Notes under the pieces: generated by a model
The model's database searches: none
Told to the model about the DNA's origin: nothing
What the model saw: only the letters and a program-made list of their open reading frames with translations
Origin: Candidatus Poribacteria bacterium
Lineage (GTDB): Bacteria; Poribacteria; WGA-4E; WGA-3G
Length of the DNA: 64,000 nt
Reading direction: 5' to 3'
NCBI GenBank assembly: GCA_965205025.1
Contig: CBDBFU010000032.1
Coordinates: 192,001-256,000, forward strand
Shown: in pieces, positions 38,246 to 48,038 of the stretch
How the letters are laid out: every line of letters begins with the position of its first letter
How positions within the stretch are numbered: position 1 is the first letter of the stretch
Made by a program: the position numbers and the translations under genes

Positions 38246-38935
38246 TTACAATCCTAAAATTGGAAGGATTTCAGTGAGAGAAGTCACCTCATAATCGGGT
38301 GTAATTTCGGTGTTGTTAGTTTCTCCATTCCTGTTTAACCAAACAGTATGACCACCGACATTTTTAGCACCATAAACATCATTTACAAGTGAGTCACCTA
38401 CATGAAGCATCTGAGTTAATTCGAAACCATTTTGTTCTGCTGCAATCTCAAAAAACCTTGGATTAGGTTTCTCAAACTGTATATCCTGTGAAAAGACAAC
38501 GAATTCAAAATAGTTTTCAAGACCACATCGTTCTGGATAGGTGTTACCGTTGGAAAGCAATCCGATATTAAAATGTTGTCCTAATACATCAAAGGTTGGT
38601 ATCACGTCAGGATATAACTCTATATCTTCAAAGCGATGTTTTCTATATAGAGTATTTAGGTGTGATGCAAGATTCTTATCAGGGTGACCAACATATTCAA
38701 GAGTTCGTTCAAATGCTCCTTTTCTAATTTCCTCAAGGTTCCAAATCTTCCCTTGCACATCTTCAGCATATCGATTTCGAATGTCAATCATTTTTTCAAT
38801 CGTTAGATCTGAAACCTTTTGAGATTTTACATGCTTTTGGAGTTCCTCTAATGTCTTTTGAAGAGAGTATCGCATCACTTGGAGGAAATCCCACAAAGTC
38901 ATATCACCATCAAAAGACACAACTGAAATATTCAA
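38246..38935 (-). CDS. HAD-superfamily hydrolase (YigB/YjjG-like)
   Basis: FDGDMTLWD, LSNG, EKP, HVGDSLVNDVYGA. Confidence 0.88.
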   Translation of the reverse strand: MNISVVSFDGDMTLWDFLQVMRYSLQKTLEELQKHVKSQKVSDLTIEKMIDIRNRYAEDVQGKIWNLEEIRKGAFERTLEYVGHPDKNLASHLNTLYRKHRFEDIELYPDVIPTFDVLGQHFNIGLLSNGNTYPERCGLENYFEFVVFSQDIQFEKPNPRFFEIAAEQNGFELTQMLHVGDSLVNDVYGAKNVGGHTVWLNRNGETNNTEITPDYEVTSLTEILPILGL

Positions 38936-38948
38936 GAAATACTCCTAA

Positions 38949-39335
38949 CTATTGTGTAGGTACACCAATAGAAGCATGAATTTGGGCAAATAGCCAAGTA
39001 TTGTCAACCATTTCTAATACCCCTGTCATCCGCATTACAAATTCCTCAGGAACACCTTGCCATTTGAGCTTCCATATCTGTTTTGTATAAAACCAAGCTA
39101 CATCATTTCGTTCTTGAACATCAAACTTATGAAAAGTGATACTAAAATCCTCTGTACTTTCAGCATGGTTTTTGTAATATGCTGTTATATCTTCAGCACC
39201 TTCTATTACTTCATCAGAATCTGTTCCAATTTTTACATAGTATGTTCTTGGTAACATCAATGAAGTTAAAGTCTCAGCATCTCTGTTTAGTAGTGCATCA
39301 AAATATTTCTTTACAGTATCATACGCTTTCTGCAT
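38949..39335 (-). CDS. SnoaL/NTF2-like fold protein
   Basis: IGTDSDEVIEG, VAWF, RMTGVLE...WLFAQIHAS; start probably ATG 39335, overlapping the upstream gene's end. Confidence 0.82.
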   Translation of the reverse strand: MQKAYDTVKKYFDALLNRDAETLTSLMLPRTYYVKIGTDSDEVIEGAEDITAYYKNHAESTEDFSITFHKFDVQERNDVAWFYTKQIWKLKWQGVPEEFVMRMTGVLEMVDNTWLFAQIHASIGVPTQ

Positions 39336-39909
39336 TGTGAATACCAGTGAGTGCATTCCACAAAGCACTACTCATCTTCTCACAAGCATCTATAACTTCT
39401 TGATGAGATTCTGTGGGTAATTCACTGATTCTTTGAAGTAGTTTTTCGGCTTCATGCTCATTATGGGAGTGTGTTTCAAAATATGGTTCAACCTTCTCAG
39501 GTAGTTGATAAAATTCTCTCAAACCAGCCAATTTCGACTTGGCAGTATCTGGTTGTTGTGCTTCAAAAGCATAGAGTGCACCTAATGCCGATTCTTGTTG
39601 TGAAAATAGTGTTTTTGCAGTATCTAATAGAGATTGTACTTCTGGAATTTGAGCATTAGAAATCTGGGTATTCAATCCACTTGCAAAGTCTTCCCACATT
39701 TCAATATGTTCTGTTTCTTCTTCAGCAGTTTCAGTGTCATTCAAAGTTTCCCATCCGTTAGGGATTGCTGAAATAAATGCACCATATTCACGTGCGTAAC
39801 ACTTTAAGTCTTCAACTGGTAATTCACCTACACTCCATGCCTGATAGAATGGATGATCAAGCAGATTATATTTTGAAATCTTGTCATCTAAAGATTGTTT
39901 GAAATCCAT
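39319..39909 (-). CDS. CADD/PqqC-like heme-oxygenase-fold diiron protein
   Basis: LLDHPFYQAWSVGEL...YAREY, EE..HIEMW, GALYAFEAQQP..A.SK..GL..FY, YFETH. Confidence 0.82.
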   Translation of the reverse strand: MDFKQSLDDKISKYNLLDHPFYQAWSVGELPVEDLKCYAREYGAFISAIPNGWETLNDTETAEEETEHIEMWEDFASGLNTQISNAQIPEVQSLLDTAKTLFSQQESALGALYAFEAQQPDTAKSKLAGLREFYQLPEKVEPYFETHSHNEHEAEKLLQRISELPTESHQEVIDACEKMSSALWNALTGIHNAESV

Positions 39910-40249
39910 TGTTAGTTCTCCATTGTTGTAATCAATAACACTTGCAATTTAGGTAGTTAAATAGAGATTAGTTATTAGAAATTGGTAATTAAACACTGTA
40001 TTTTATACGGTTGTAAGTATATCACATCAATGCATTGAAGTCAAGAATTTGAACTATTCAGTTTATATGATTAGTACTCTAATTCAGAATCTCAAAGCAG
40101 GAGTTATGAGTGTAATTAATATGGAACTGCTGGTACATTATTCTGGATTCGTAAGTCCTACATTCCTATAGATAAATTCTGTTTTCATTTCAATTAAATG
40201 AGATTTCTGATAGAATCATTTATAAGTCAGATAATTTATGAGGAATCAC

Positions 40250-40993
40250 ATGACTGAAGAACAGAAATTCATTTTTGACCTTAAAGGTTATTTATTACTC
40301 CCTGAGGTATTGACAATATCTGAAGTTGATGGAATAAAATCACAGATTGATACAATTCGGTCTGATCCTAACTCATTACCTGAACATGAAAGACGTTTCC
40401 CTGGTGGAGCATCATCGTCTCTGATTGATCATCCAGTTATTGTCGATATCCTTAAAGAGATATTGGGTGAGATTCGTATGGAATCAAGTTGGTTCACATA
40501 TCGGAACCAGGGGGATGGAGGACCTGCACCACACGGTGGTGTGAGGAATGTCAATCCAAATTTTAGTTATCAATGTACAAATGGTAAGATTTATTCCGCA
40601 CTTACCCGTGTAGTTTTTGAATTGAATGAAGTTAAAGCAGGTGAAGGTGGCACACTTTTCTTACCTGGAAGTCATAAAGCCAACTTCCAGATACCAGAAG
40701 AACATCGTACTACAGAATCCCAACTTTTTGAGACCTATAGTTGTCCTCCGGGTTCTGCGATAATTTTCACTGAGAATCTGTGTCATTCTGGGGTCACCTG
40801 GAAGAATCCGGACAGACCACGGATTGCTGTCTTTAACTGTTATAACTTTGTTGGATGTCAATTCCATAAACCTTCGGTACCAAAGCAGATTATTGATGGA
40901 TTACCACCAGAGAAACAAGCTTACTTTCGTTCTGTATGGGTTTGGGGTCAAGGTGGACCTGACAATGGAAAGAATCTTCATTATGATGGTTAG
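40250..40993 (+). CDS. Phytanoyl-CoA dioxygenase (PhyH) family Fe/2OG enzyme
   Basis: MTEEQKFIFDLKGYL, GEGGTLFLPGSHK, GSAIIFTENLCHSG, RIAVF. Confidence 0.85.
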   Translation: MTEEQKFIFDLKGYLLLPEVLTISEVDGIKSQIDTIRSDPNSLPEHERRFPGGASSSLIDHPVIVDILKEILGEIRMESSWFTYRNQGDGGPAPHGGVRNVNPNFSYQCTNGKIYSALTRVVFELNEVKAGEGGTLFLPGSHKANFQIPEEHRTTESQLFETYSCPPGSAIIFTENLCHSGVTWKNPDRPRIAVFNCYNFVGCQFHKPSVPKQIIDGLPPEKQAYFRSVWVWGQGGPDNGKNLHYDG

Positions 40994-40999
40994 TGTATA

Positions 41000-41338
41000 A
41001 TGGTTCTGGATGACAAAACAATTAAGATTCCAACACAGAAACTCATTCATTTAGCAAAAGTTGATGCCAGAAAGAATGTCTCAATTTGGTCCTGCGGATC
41101 TATTGGGTTTCTAATTAGTCTAATTCCGTTCATAAAGATTCCAGCATTGGTTTTGGGTTGTCTTTTGGTTTTCCTATTAATACCCAGGATAGATCTTTCC
41201 ACACAAGAAAAAATACACACATACTTTCAGCATCCAGCTCTTTATACAAAGCACTATATAAGACATGTAAGAATGTTACGAATTTCTAATTTCTTATGTG
41301 GATGGATATGTGGATTTATAATTATATCGTATGTGTAA
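41000..41338 (+). CDS. Small hypothetical membrane protein
   Basis: 112-aa ORF with about 3 hydrophobic segments, tightly packed between co-oriented genes. Confidence 0.55.
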   Translation: MVLDDKTIKIPTQKLIHLAKVDARKNVSIWSCGSIGFLISLIPFIKIPALVLGCLLVFLLIPRIDLSTQEKIHTYFQHPALYTKHYIRHVRMLRISNFLCGWICGFIIISYV

Positions 41339-41356
41339 AGGAGTATATATTAACGA

Positions 41357-41695
41357 ATGTCAGAAAAATCAACTCCATATGATGGTATAAAAGGACAACT
41401 TATACTCAGGGATCATCTTGCAGCAGATAGGACGATTCTGGCAAATGAGCGAACATTTCTTGCATATATTCGTACTGCATTAACTCTTTTTGTTGCCGGT
41501 TTGTCATTTGTACATTTTGAAATAGCAACTAAAATGGTTAGTTCTCCTTTGGCTGATAGGACAATCGGATTTGGGTTGATGTTATTAGGTTCAATTACAT
41601 TTTTTCTTGGACTTTATAGGTATAATCGGATGAAGGTACTAATACGTGAAATTAAGCAAAGAGAATTAGCAGAAGGAATAAACTATGAAGATTAA
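41357..41695 (+). CDS. DUF202 (YidH-like) membrane protein
   Basis: LAADRTILANERTFLAYIRT. Confidence 0.88.
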   Translation: MSEKSTPYDGIKGQLILRDHLAADRTILANERTFLAYIRTALTLFVAGLSFVHFEIATKMVSSPLADRTIGFGLMLLGSITFFLGLYRYNRMKVLIREIKQRELAEGINYED

Positions 41696-42704
41696 AGAAG
41701 TTGTTGTAACGGGGCAAAACCAGGTGGAACTCCAAACAAGTGAATTTGATGCTACCATACAGTCACCATCTGAAATACTGATTGATACAGAATATACTTT
41801 TATTAGTAGTGGTACAGAATTAGCAAACTATACTGGTCGTGAACCTAAGGTTTTTCAGCAAGGTTCGTGGTGTGCATATCCTTGGCGGTCTGGTTATGCT
41901 AATGTAGGTATCGTACGGGAAGTTGGATCAAATGTTACACGGACTACCCCTGGGGATCGTGTCTTTACTTATGGACGTCATGCGTCCATAGTACGGTATT
42001 CACAGAATCGACTGATTGCCACTGTGCCAGATACAATGGATCCTGGTGTTGTTGCAGCATCACGAATGGCCGGTGTTGCTATGACAGGAATAATTGTCTC
42101 AGAGATTGGAACGAATCCGAGAGTTATTGTATTTGGTTTAGGTTTGGTAGGGAATCTGGTATCTCAGATGTTCCAAATCCATGGATGTAGAGTCATTGGT
42201 GTTGATCCAGTAGATGAAAGACGTAAATTAGCTGAAAGATGTGGAATTAAAGATACCGTGGGTGGAGATATTGATGAAGTGCAAAAGCAGATCAACGAAA
42301 TAACGAACGGAGAACTTGGTAATATTACTGTGGATGCAGTTGGTCACAGTAGTGTCGTTATGCAAGCACTTCGTGCAACTGCTACTCATGGGCAACTCAT
42401 TATACTCGGTTCACCACGTGTTCCTGTTACCGGGAATTTAACCGAACTCCTTTCCGATACACATCTGCGATGGATAACGATCAAAGGTGCATTAGAATGG
42501 TGTGTGCCAATGTACCCTGATACAGGAGATAACATATCTCAATATAGTAAACAACAGACAATTTTTGACTGGATTGAACGTGGAAAATTACATGTCAAAC
42601 CGTTAATATCACATCGATTACTACCAGAAGATATAAAACAGGCTTATGATGGATTGTTGAATGAATCTAATACTTATACTGGGGTTGTCTTAGATTGGAC
42701 ATAA
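41685..42704 (+). CDS. Medium-chain (zinc-binding family) dehydrogenase
   Basis: ISSGTE, GYANVG, FGLGLVG Rossmann motif, LISH. Confidence 0.85.
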   Translation: MKIKEVVVTGQNQVELQTSEFDATIQSPSEILIDTEYTFISSGTELANYTGREPKVFQQGSWCAYPWRSGYANVGIVREVGSNVTRTTPGDRVFTYGRHASIVRYSQNRLIATVPDTMDPGVVAASRMAGVAMTGIIVSEIGTNPRVIVFGLGLVGNLVSQMFQIHGCRVIGVDPVDERRKLAERCGIKDTVGGDIDEVQKQINEITNGELGNITVDAVGHSSVVMQALRATATHGQLIILGSPRVPVTGNLTELLSDTHLRWITIKGALEWCVPMYPDTGDNISQYSKQQTIFDWIERGKLHVKPLISHRLLPEDIKQAYDGLLNESNTYTGVVLDWT

Positions 42705-42988
42705 AATTTTTCTATTCACCACATATACACATTTCAACGCTGATACTGTAGACAGAATTCATATTGAAACTACACCAAATACCTTGACTTTAGGATACAC
42801 CTTTCATGTAATCCAATAGTTGATTGTAAGCTTATCCGATCCGTAGAATGTGCAAAAAAAAATCGACAAATCCGTATAAGAAATGCATCATTGATATAAG
42901 TAGTATTTACCCTTGAAAGGTATAAGTTGTAGGTAAAATAAATGAATAAAAATGTATATATACAACACTAATAGTAAAACAGATTTAC

Positions 42989-43017
42989 TTGAAAACCATT
43001 CTCATTTATGGTATAAT
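42989..43017 (+). promoter_or_regulatory. sigma70 promoter (extended -10) of rpsO-pnp
   Basis: TTGAAA-17 bp-TATAAT with TGn immediately upstream of the -10. Confidence 0.7.
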
Positions 43018-43054
43018 TACCTGAATATGTAGGAAACCATACAACCAATATTTT

Positions 43055-43089
43055 AGGCACGGCAAAACTGTTTCCGTCGTGCTTTTGTT
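43055..43089 (+). promoter_or_regulatory. Hairpin plus U-tract in the rpsO leader
   Basis: AGGCACGGC...GTCGTGCTT stem followed by TTGTT, between promoter and RBS. Confidence 0.45.
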
Positions 43090-43149
43090 CTATAAAAGGT
43101 TTCAAACATTACATTTTTTGAAATACAGAAAACAAGGAGGTGAGATGAT

Positions 43150-43440
43150 TTGGCAATTGATGCAACAAGGAAGCAGGAGATAATTGAAAAGCATCAAATA
43201 CATGATAAAGACACCGGTTCGCCAGAGGCGCAGGTCGCGGTATTAAATGCGCGTATTCAGGAATTAACGCAACATTTTCAGACGCATAAAAAAGATCACC
43301 ATTCAAGACATGGACTATTTCGTTTGGTTGGAAAACAACGCCGTTTGTTAAGATACGTCTATAAGAAAGACGTCCCAAGATATTATCGTTTAATTAATGA
43401 ACTTGGAATTCGCGACACAATCGGTTCACAAAGAAGTTAA
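43150..43440 (+). CDS. rpsO: 30S ribosomal protein S15
   Basis: DTGSPEAQVA, HKKDHHSR.GL, LGIR; AAGGAGGTGA RBS. Confidence 0.97.
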   Translation: MAIDATRKQEIIEKHQIHDKDTGSPEAQVAVLNARIQELTQHFQTHKKDHHSRHGLFRLVGKQRRLLRYVYKKDVPRYYRLINELGIRDTIGSQRS

Positions 43441-43480
43441 ATATTCCACCGTAAGCATTTTGGTATTAGGAGGATGATTA

Positions 43481-45793
43481 GTGAAAGTAGAAATGCAACT
43501 CGGAAGCGAAAAGCTATCGATTGAAATGGGAAAAGTTGCTAAACAAGCAGATGGGGCCGTTTGGGTACAATACGGTGGAACAGTTGTGTTAGTGACGGTA
43601 GTAGCAGATGATTCTGAAAATAACCTTGATTTTTTCCCTTTGACTGTAGATTATAGAGAAAGAGCCTACGCTGCAGGACGTATACCAACAGTATATGGCA
43701 GACGTGAACCACGACCCGGAACATCCGAACAACTCGTCGCACGTCTAATTGACCATTGTATCCGTCCACTTTTCCCTAAGGATTTTAAAGCTGAAGTACA
43801 AGTACTATGTACAGTCTTGTCTTCAGATGGTATTCATCCAGCTGATGTTCCAGCATTAATTGGGACTTCTGCTGCATTATCTGTTTCAGATATTCCATTC
43901 AATGGTCCAGTTGCGGCTGTAACTATTGGAAAAAAAGATGAAAAATTGATAATTAATCCCACTTATGATGAATTACATAGTTCGGAAGTAGAGCTTTTTG
44001 TAAGTGGTACAGCGAACGCAGTGATGTCTGTTGAAGGTGGTGGACATGAAATACCAGACGACGAAGTCATTGATACAATTATCGCTGCTCACGAAGAAAT
44101 CAAAGAGATAATAAAACTTCAAGAGGGTATTGTTGCTGTATGTAGTAAGAAAAAACGGGAATTTGAAGCTATAACCGTTGAAGATACATTGAATTCACGG
44201 GTAAGAGATCTGGCAACCACACGGATTCGTGAATCCATAGGTATGTCAGATAAACAACTACGTGAGGATTACTTACAGCAAGTCCAGTCAGATATTTTGT
44301 CTGAAATCCAAGAAGATGGTCCAGAAGAAATTGACCCAAATGCTGAAAAAGATGCAAGATCAATTTTAAGTGATATCGAAAAAGAAGAGATGCGCCAAGC
44401 CATTTTGAGTGAAGGTAAACGTGTCGATGGACGTGGTGTTACTGATATACGGACTATTTCTGGTGAAGTTGCTCTCTTACCAAGAACACACGGTTCCGCT
44501 CTCTTTACACGGGGACAAACACAAGCGTTGTGTGTAACAACTCTCGGTACATCAGGGGACGAGGATGTACAACGTGGATTAGATGGAGAAGTTCGACGCG
44601 CATTCTTTTTACATTACAATTTCCCACCCTTCAGTACAGGTGAAGTCAAACGTATGATGGGACCAGGTCGACGCGAGATCGGTCACGGTTCTCTGGCACA
44701 GAAAGCTCTTGAACCTGTCATTCCTTCAAAAGAAGATTTCAATTATACAATCCGTGTGGTATCAGAAATTCTCGAATCGAATGCCTCATCATCAATGGCA
44801 ACTGTTTGTGGGGCATCACTATCGCTATTGGATGCAGGTGTACCATTAAAAAGACCAGTCGCTGGTATCGGTGTCGGTCTTATCAAAGAAGGTGAGCATG
44901 AGGTGATTCTAACTGATATGTTAGGAACTGAAGATTTTCTGGGTGATATGGATTTTAAGATTGCTGGTACTTCCGATGGGGTAACTGCTATCCAGATGGA
45001 TATAAAGATCGATGGAGTTACACCAGAACTCATGCGAAGGGCAATTCATCAAGCAAAAGAAGCGCGACTATCTGTCATAGATCAGATGAATGCTGTGATT
45101 AGTCAACCTCGTCCTGAATTATCAGAATATGCACCGAGAATATATTCACTCCAAATTGCACCCCAAAAGATCAAGGATCTCATAGGTCCACGGGGGAAGA
45201 CTGTTCAAGGTATTCAGGAAGAAACTAACACTACTATCAACATTGATGATAATGGCACAGTCGAAATAGCTTCCACAAGTGCCGAAGATGTTAGACTCGC
45301 CGAAGAAAAGATACGCGCAGTAACAGCAATGCCTGAAATAGGTAAAGAATATGAAGGTAAAGTTGTTAGAACTGCTTCCTTTGGTGCATTTGTAGAGATA
45401 CTTCCTGGAAAAGATGGACTTGTCCATATATCACAAATGGGGGATGGATATGTCCGAAGAGCTGAAGATGTCATGAAAGTTGGGGATGAGGTTACTGTTA
45501 AAATCTTGACAATTGATGAACAAGGAAGAATTGATCTATCACTTATTGCTGCAAACGGTGTACCACTTGAAGAACTTGATACATCCTCGGATTCGGATTC
45601 TGGATCTGGCTCAGATAATGATTCTGAGCAAGATCAACGCGAACCCCGTGAGCAGAATAGATCAAACTATCGAGATAACCGGCAGAACAGAGACAATCGC
45701 GAACGACGAAACAATAAGTATGATCAGCAACGTGATAATTCGCGAGATAACCGAAATCGAAGATCTCCACGTATTCCTAAAGGTAGGTTTTAA
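43481..45793 (+). CDS. pnp: Polyribonucleotide nucleotidyltransferase
   Basis: FFPLTVDYRE, RTHGSALFTRGQTQ, RREIGHG, DMDFKIAG, KH and S1 domains. Confidence 0.97.
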   Translation: MKVEMQLGSEKLSIEMGKVAKQADGAVWVQYGGTVVLVTVVADDSENNLDFFPLTVDYRERAYAAGRIPTVYGRREPRPGTSEQLVARLIDHCIRPLFPKDFKAEVQVLCTVLSSDGIHPADVPALIGTSAALSVSDIPFNGPVAAVTIGKKDEKLIINPTYDELHSSEVELFVSGTANAVMSVEGGGHEIPDDEVIDTIIAAHEEIKEIIKLQEGIVAVCSKKKREFEAITVEDTLNSRVRDLATTRIRESIGMSDKQLREDYLQQVQSDILSEIQEDGPEEIDPNAEKDARSILSDIEKEEMRQAILSEGKRVDGRGVTDIRTISGEVALLPRTHGSALFTRGQTQALCVTTLGTSGDEDVQRGLDGEVRRAFFLHYNFPPFSTGEVKRMMGPGRREIGHGSLAQKALEPVIPSKEDFNYTIRVVSEILESNASSSMATVCGASLSLLDAGVPLKRPVAGIGVGLIKEGEHEVILTDMLGTEDFLGDMDFKIAGTSDGVTAIQMDIKIDGVTPELMRRAIHQAKEARLSVIDQMNAVISQPRPELSEYAPRIYSLQIAPQKIKDLIGPRGKTVQGIQEETNTTINIDDNGTVEIASTSAEDVRLAEEKIRAVTAMPEIGKEYEGKVVRTASFGAFVEILPGKDGLVHISQMGDGYVRRAEDVMKVGDEVTVKILTIDEQGRIDLSLIAANGVPLEELDTSSDSDSGSGSDNDSEQDQREPREQNRSNYRDNRQNRDNRERRNNKYDQQRDNSRDNRNRRSPRIPKGRF

Positions 45794-45972
45794 TTTGGAT
45801 AATACGTAATCAGAAGAGCTAATATAAATGGCTCATTTGGAGAGAATCACACTTTATTCTGTAATTTAAATCGGCGAATTTCAAATACTGACTACTTACT
45901 TTTAACAAATCGTAAGGTGTTGAATGGATTTTGATTTTCGCCTTTTTATATATACAAATCATAGGTGCACTC

Positions 45973-46239
45973 ATGAGAAATAGGAACACAAAAGTTAGAA
46001 GACAAATTCAACTCAATAAAGGTGACTTACTATCACAGAAATGGATGACAAATCTTCTAACCATAATCCTGTTGATACTAATAATTGCATTTATTACATT
46101 ATCAATCCCATCGGTAAAAAAACAGGTTGTGAATTTTGTAAGAGTGTTATTGTATGGTAAAGAAAAAAGACCTGAACGACCTAAAGTTGCACCGGTTCGA
46201 ATGCATATTCCTGTAGAAATAAACATAAATTTTTTATGA
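45973..46239 (+). CDS. Small single-TM hypothetical protein
   Basis: ORF with one strong hydrophobic helix; AGGTG upstream of ATG 45973. Confidence 0.45.
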   Translation: MRNRNTKVRRQIQLNKGDLLSQKWMTNLLTIILLILIIAFITLSIPSVKKQVVNFVRVLLYGKEKRPERPKVAPVRMHIPVEININFL

Positions 46240-46334
46240 GGATATTAAGCATGATTATTAATCATTTTCAATCTTTTAAGTCTATTATACAAAAATATCA
46301 TTTATTCTCTATTTTTATAAGACATACGAAAGTT

Positions 46335-46874
46335 ATGTTGAAGTTTTCTCATAGACAAAATAAACTATCCTACTTTGTTTGTTTTATTATTCCCTCTGTT
46401 TTATTATTCGTAGGATGTGGCTATGTATCTACTTCATCATATCTTGAACATATAGATACTATCCGTATTGAACCTGTTCAAATTTTGGATGCAGATATTG
46501 CCTATGACAATGTTTCTCAGAGACCTTATGAGGAAGTGATTCATGAAAAATTGACCAATCGTTTTAATCGTAAATGGAGTGATGGGTCTGATTCCAAATT
46601 CACTATCCGGATTATGGATTATCATATTAAGGAACAGGGATATGGTCCCAGTGGAAATGTAGAAATGCTTCGTATGAGTTTACAGGTTGAGTATGAGTTT
46701 ATTGATAATGTGAGGGATAATCTCATCGCAAAAACTGATAATCACCTGCAAATCCATGATTTCTATATCGTTGAGAATAGAGGAGAACCACCAGAGACTG
46801 TTGATCAAGCGAAAACTTTGATAATTGATGAACTTATTGAGGATCTATATAATCAGCTTGCAGAACAATGGTAA
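46335..46874 (+). CDS. LptE-like lipoprotein
   Basis: FVGCGY lipobox followed by HIDTIRIEP; C-terminal helix ELIEDLYNQLAEQW typical of LptE-family proteins. Confidence 0.6.
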   Translation: MLKFSHRQNKLSYFVCFIIPSVLLFVGCGYVSTSSYLEHIDTIRIEPVQILDADIAYDNVSQRPYEEVIHEKLTNRFNRKWSDGSDSKFTIRIMDYHIKEQGYGPSGNVEMLRMSLQVEYEFIDNVRDNLIAKTDNHLQIHDFYIVENRGEPPETVDQAKTLIIDELIEDLYNQLAEQW

Positions 46875-46878
46875 TATT

Positions 46879-47964
46879 ATGAAAAGTATAGGACCTGTTT
46901 TGCTTAGCTTCGTTTTTATCGCCTTAATATCATGCCAACAAGAACAAGGTAAATATACAACTGTTCATCAAGAAGGAAGTTACATCTACGGGGTCTGGAA
47001 AGCTCCTACAAAAGTAATTGCTTCTGATGTAATTACTGTAGTTTCAAATAAAATCCGAACAAATTCAACAAATAATCCAATAAATACCCAACTTGAAAAA
47101 AATAAAGACAAAAAACAGAAAGAAGCAACTCAGAATTCGACTAACAATGGTGGATTCGACCCAACCCAAAAACCACTACCATATATAACTAATGATGCAC
47201 CAGAATTATTGTTACCTAAGAACGGTGATACCAATGATTGGGTGCATGCAGGAACACCCTCTACTTATAACTCCGATACATTATATAATGATCGTTTCGT
47301 TTCTCCAGACATATATTACAATTATGGGTTTCAACGACAAGCGGAAGTGGAATACCAAAGTCCAAAACATCGATCAACTCCTTTAATCTTAGTCGAGATA
47401 TTTGATATGGGATCTCCAGAGAACGCATTTGGAATTTATAGTGTATACTCCTACTCACATCAAGAGTTTGAATGGATCGGATGTAAGGCAATTATTTCAC
47501 CAAAATATATTCGATTCTGGAAAGGGAAGTACTTTATTCAAATTGAAGGTTATGAGATTGCAACACCTATTCGAATAGGAATGATTGATCTTGCTAAAGT
47601 CATAGCAAAAAATATAAAAGATACAACGAAAGATATACCGTTGTTTAAACTGTTGCCAAATCCACACATAAATGGTAGTCAAAAGTTCTTTTCCAACAAT
47701 TGGTCTCTTCGTTATATTGATAAATCTTTACCAAAAATTATTCCTGAATTAACGGAGGGTACAATGGGTATTTCTGCAAAATACTATGATATAAATAATA
47801 AGAAATCACTTAATCCATATACAGTATTTCTTCTCCATTTTCCTAATGCTTTGGAAGCAGAATCTGCATTTTATGATTATCGGACCAGTTTATTGAATGA
47901 AAAAATTCCAACAATTGAATCTAATAGTAGCATTACAATAAATGAACAATTTGTAGAACATTAA
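46879..47964 (+). CDS. Lipoprotein, DUF6599-like
   Basis: LISC lipobox; YGFQ, VEIFDMGSPENAFGIYS, FWKGKYFIQI. Confidence 0.6.
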   Translation: MKSIGPVLLSFVFIALISCQQEQGKYTTVHQEGSYIYGVWKAPTKVIASDVITVVSNKIRTNSTNNPINTQLEKNKDKKQKEATQNSTNNGGFDPTQKPLPYITNDAPELLLPKNGDTNDWVHAGTPSTYNSDTLYNDRFVSPDIYYNYGFQRQAEVEYQSPKHRSTPLILVEIFDMGSPENAFGIYSVYSYSHQEFEWIGCKAIISPKYIRFWKGKYFIQIEGYEIATPIRIGMIDLAKVIAKNIKDTTKDIPLFKLLPNPHINGSQKFFSNNWSLRYIDKSLPKIIPELTEGTMGISAKYYDINNKKSLNPYTVFLLHFPNALEAESAFYDYRTSLLNEKIPTIESNSSITINEQFVEH

Positions 47965-48038
47965 CAATTAGGCACAATATTGAATTTGTAAGTGTTTTTC
48001 TATTGAAAAATAGTAATTTGGAATTAAAAGGAGTAATT

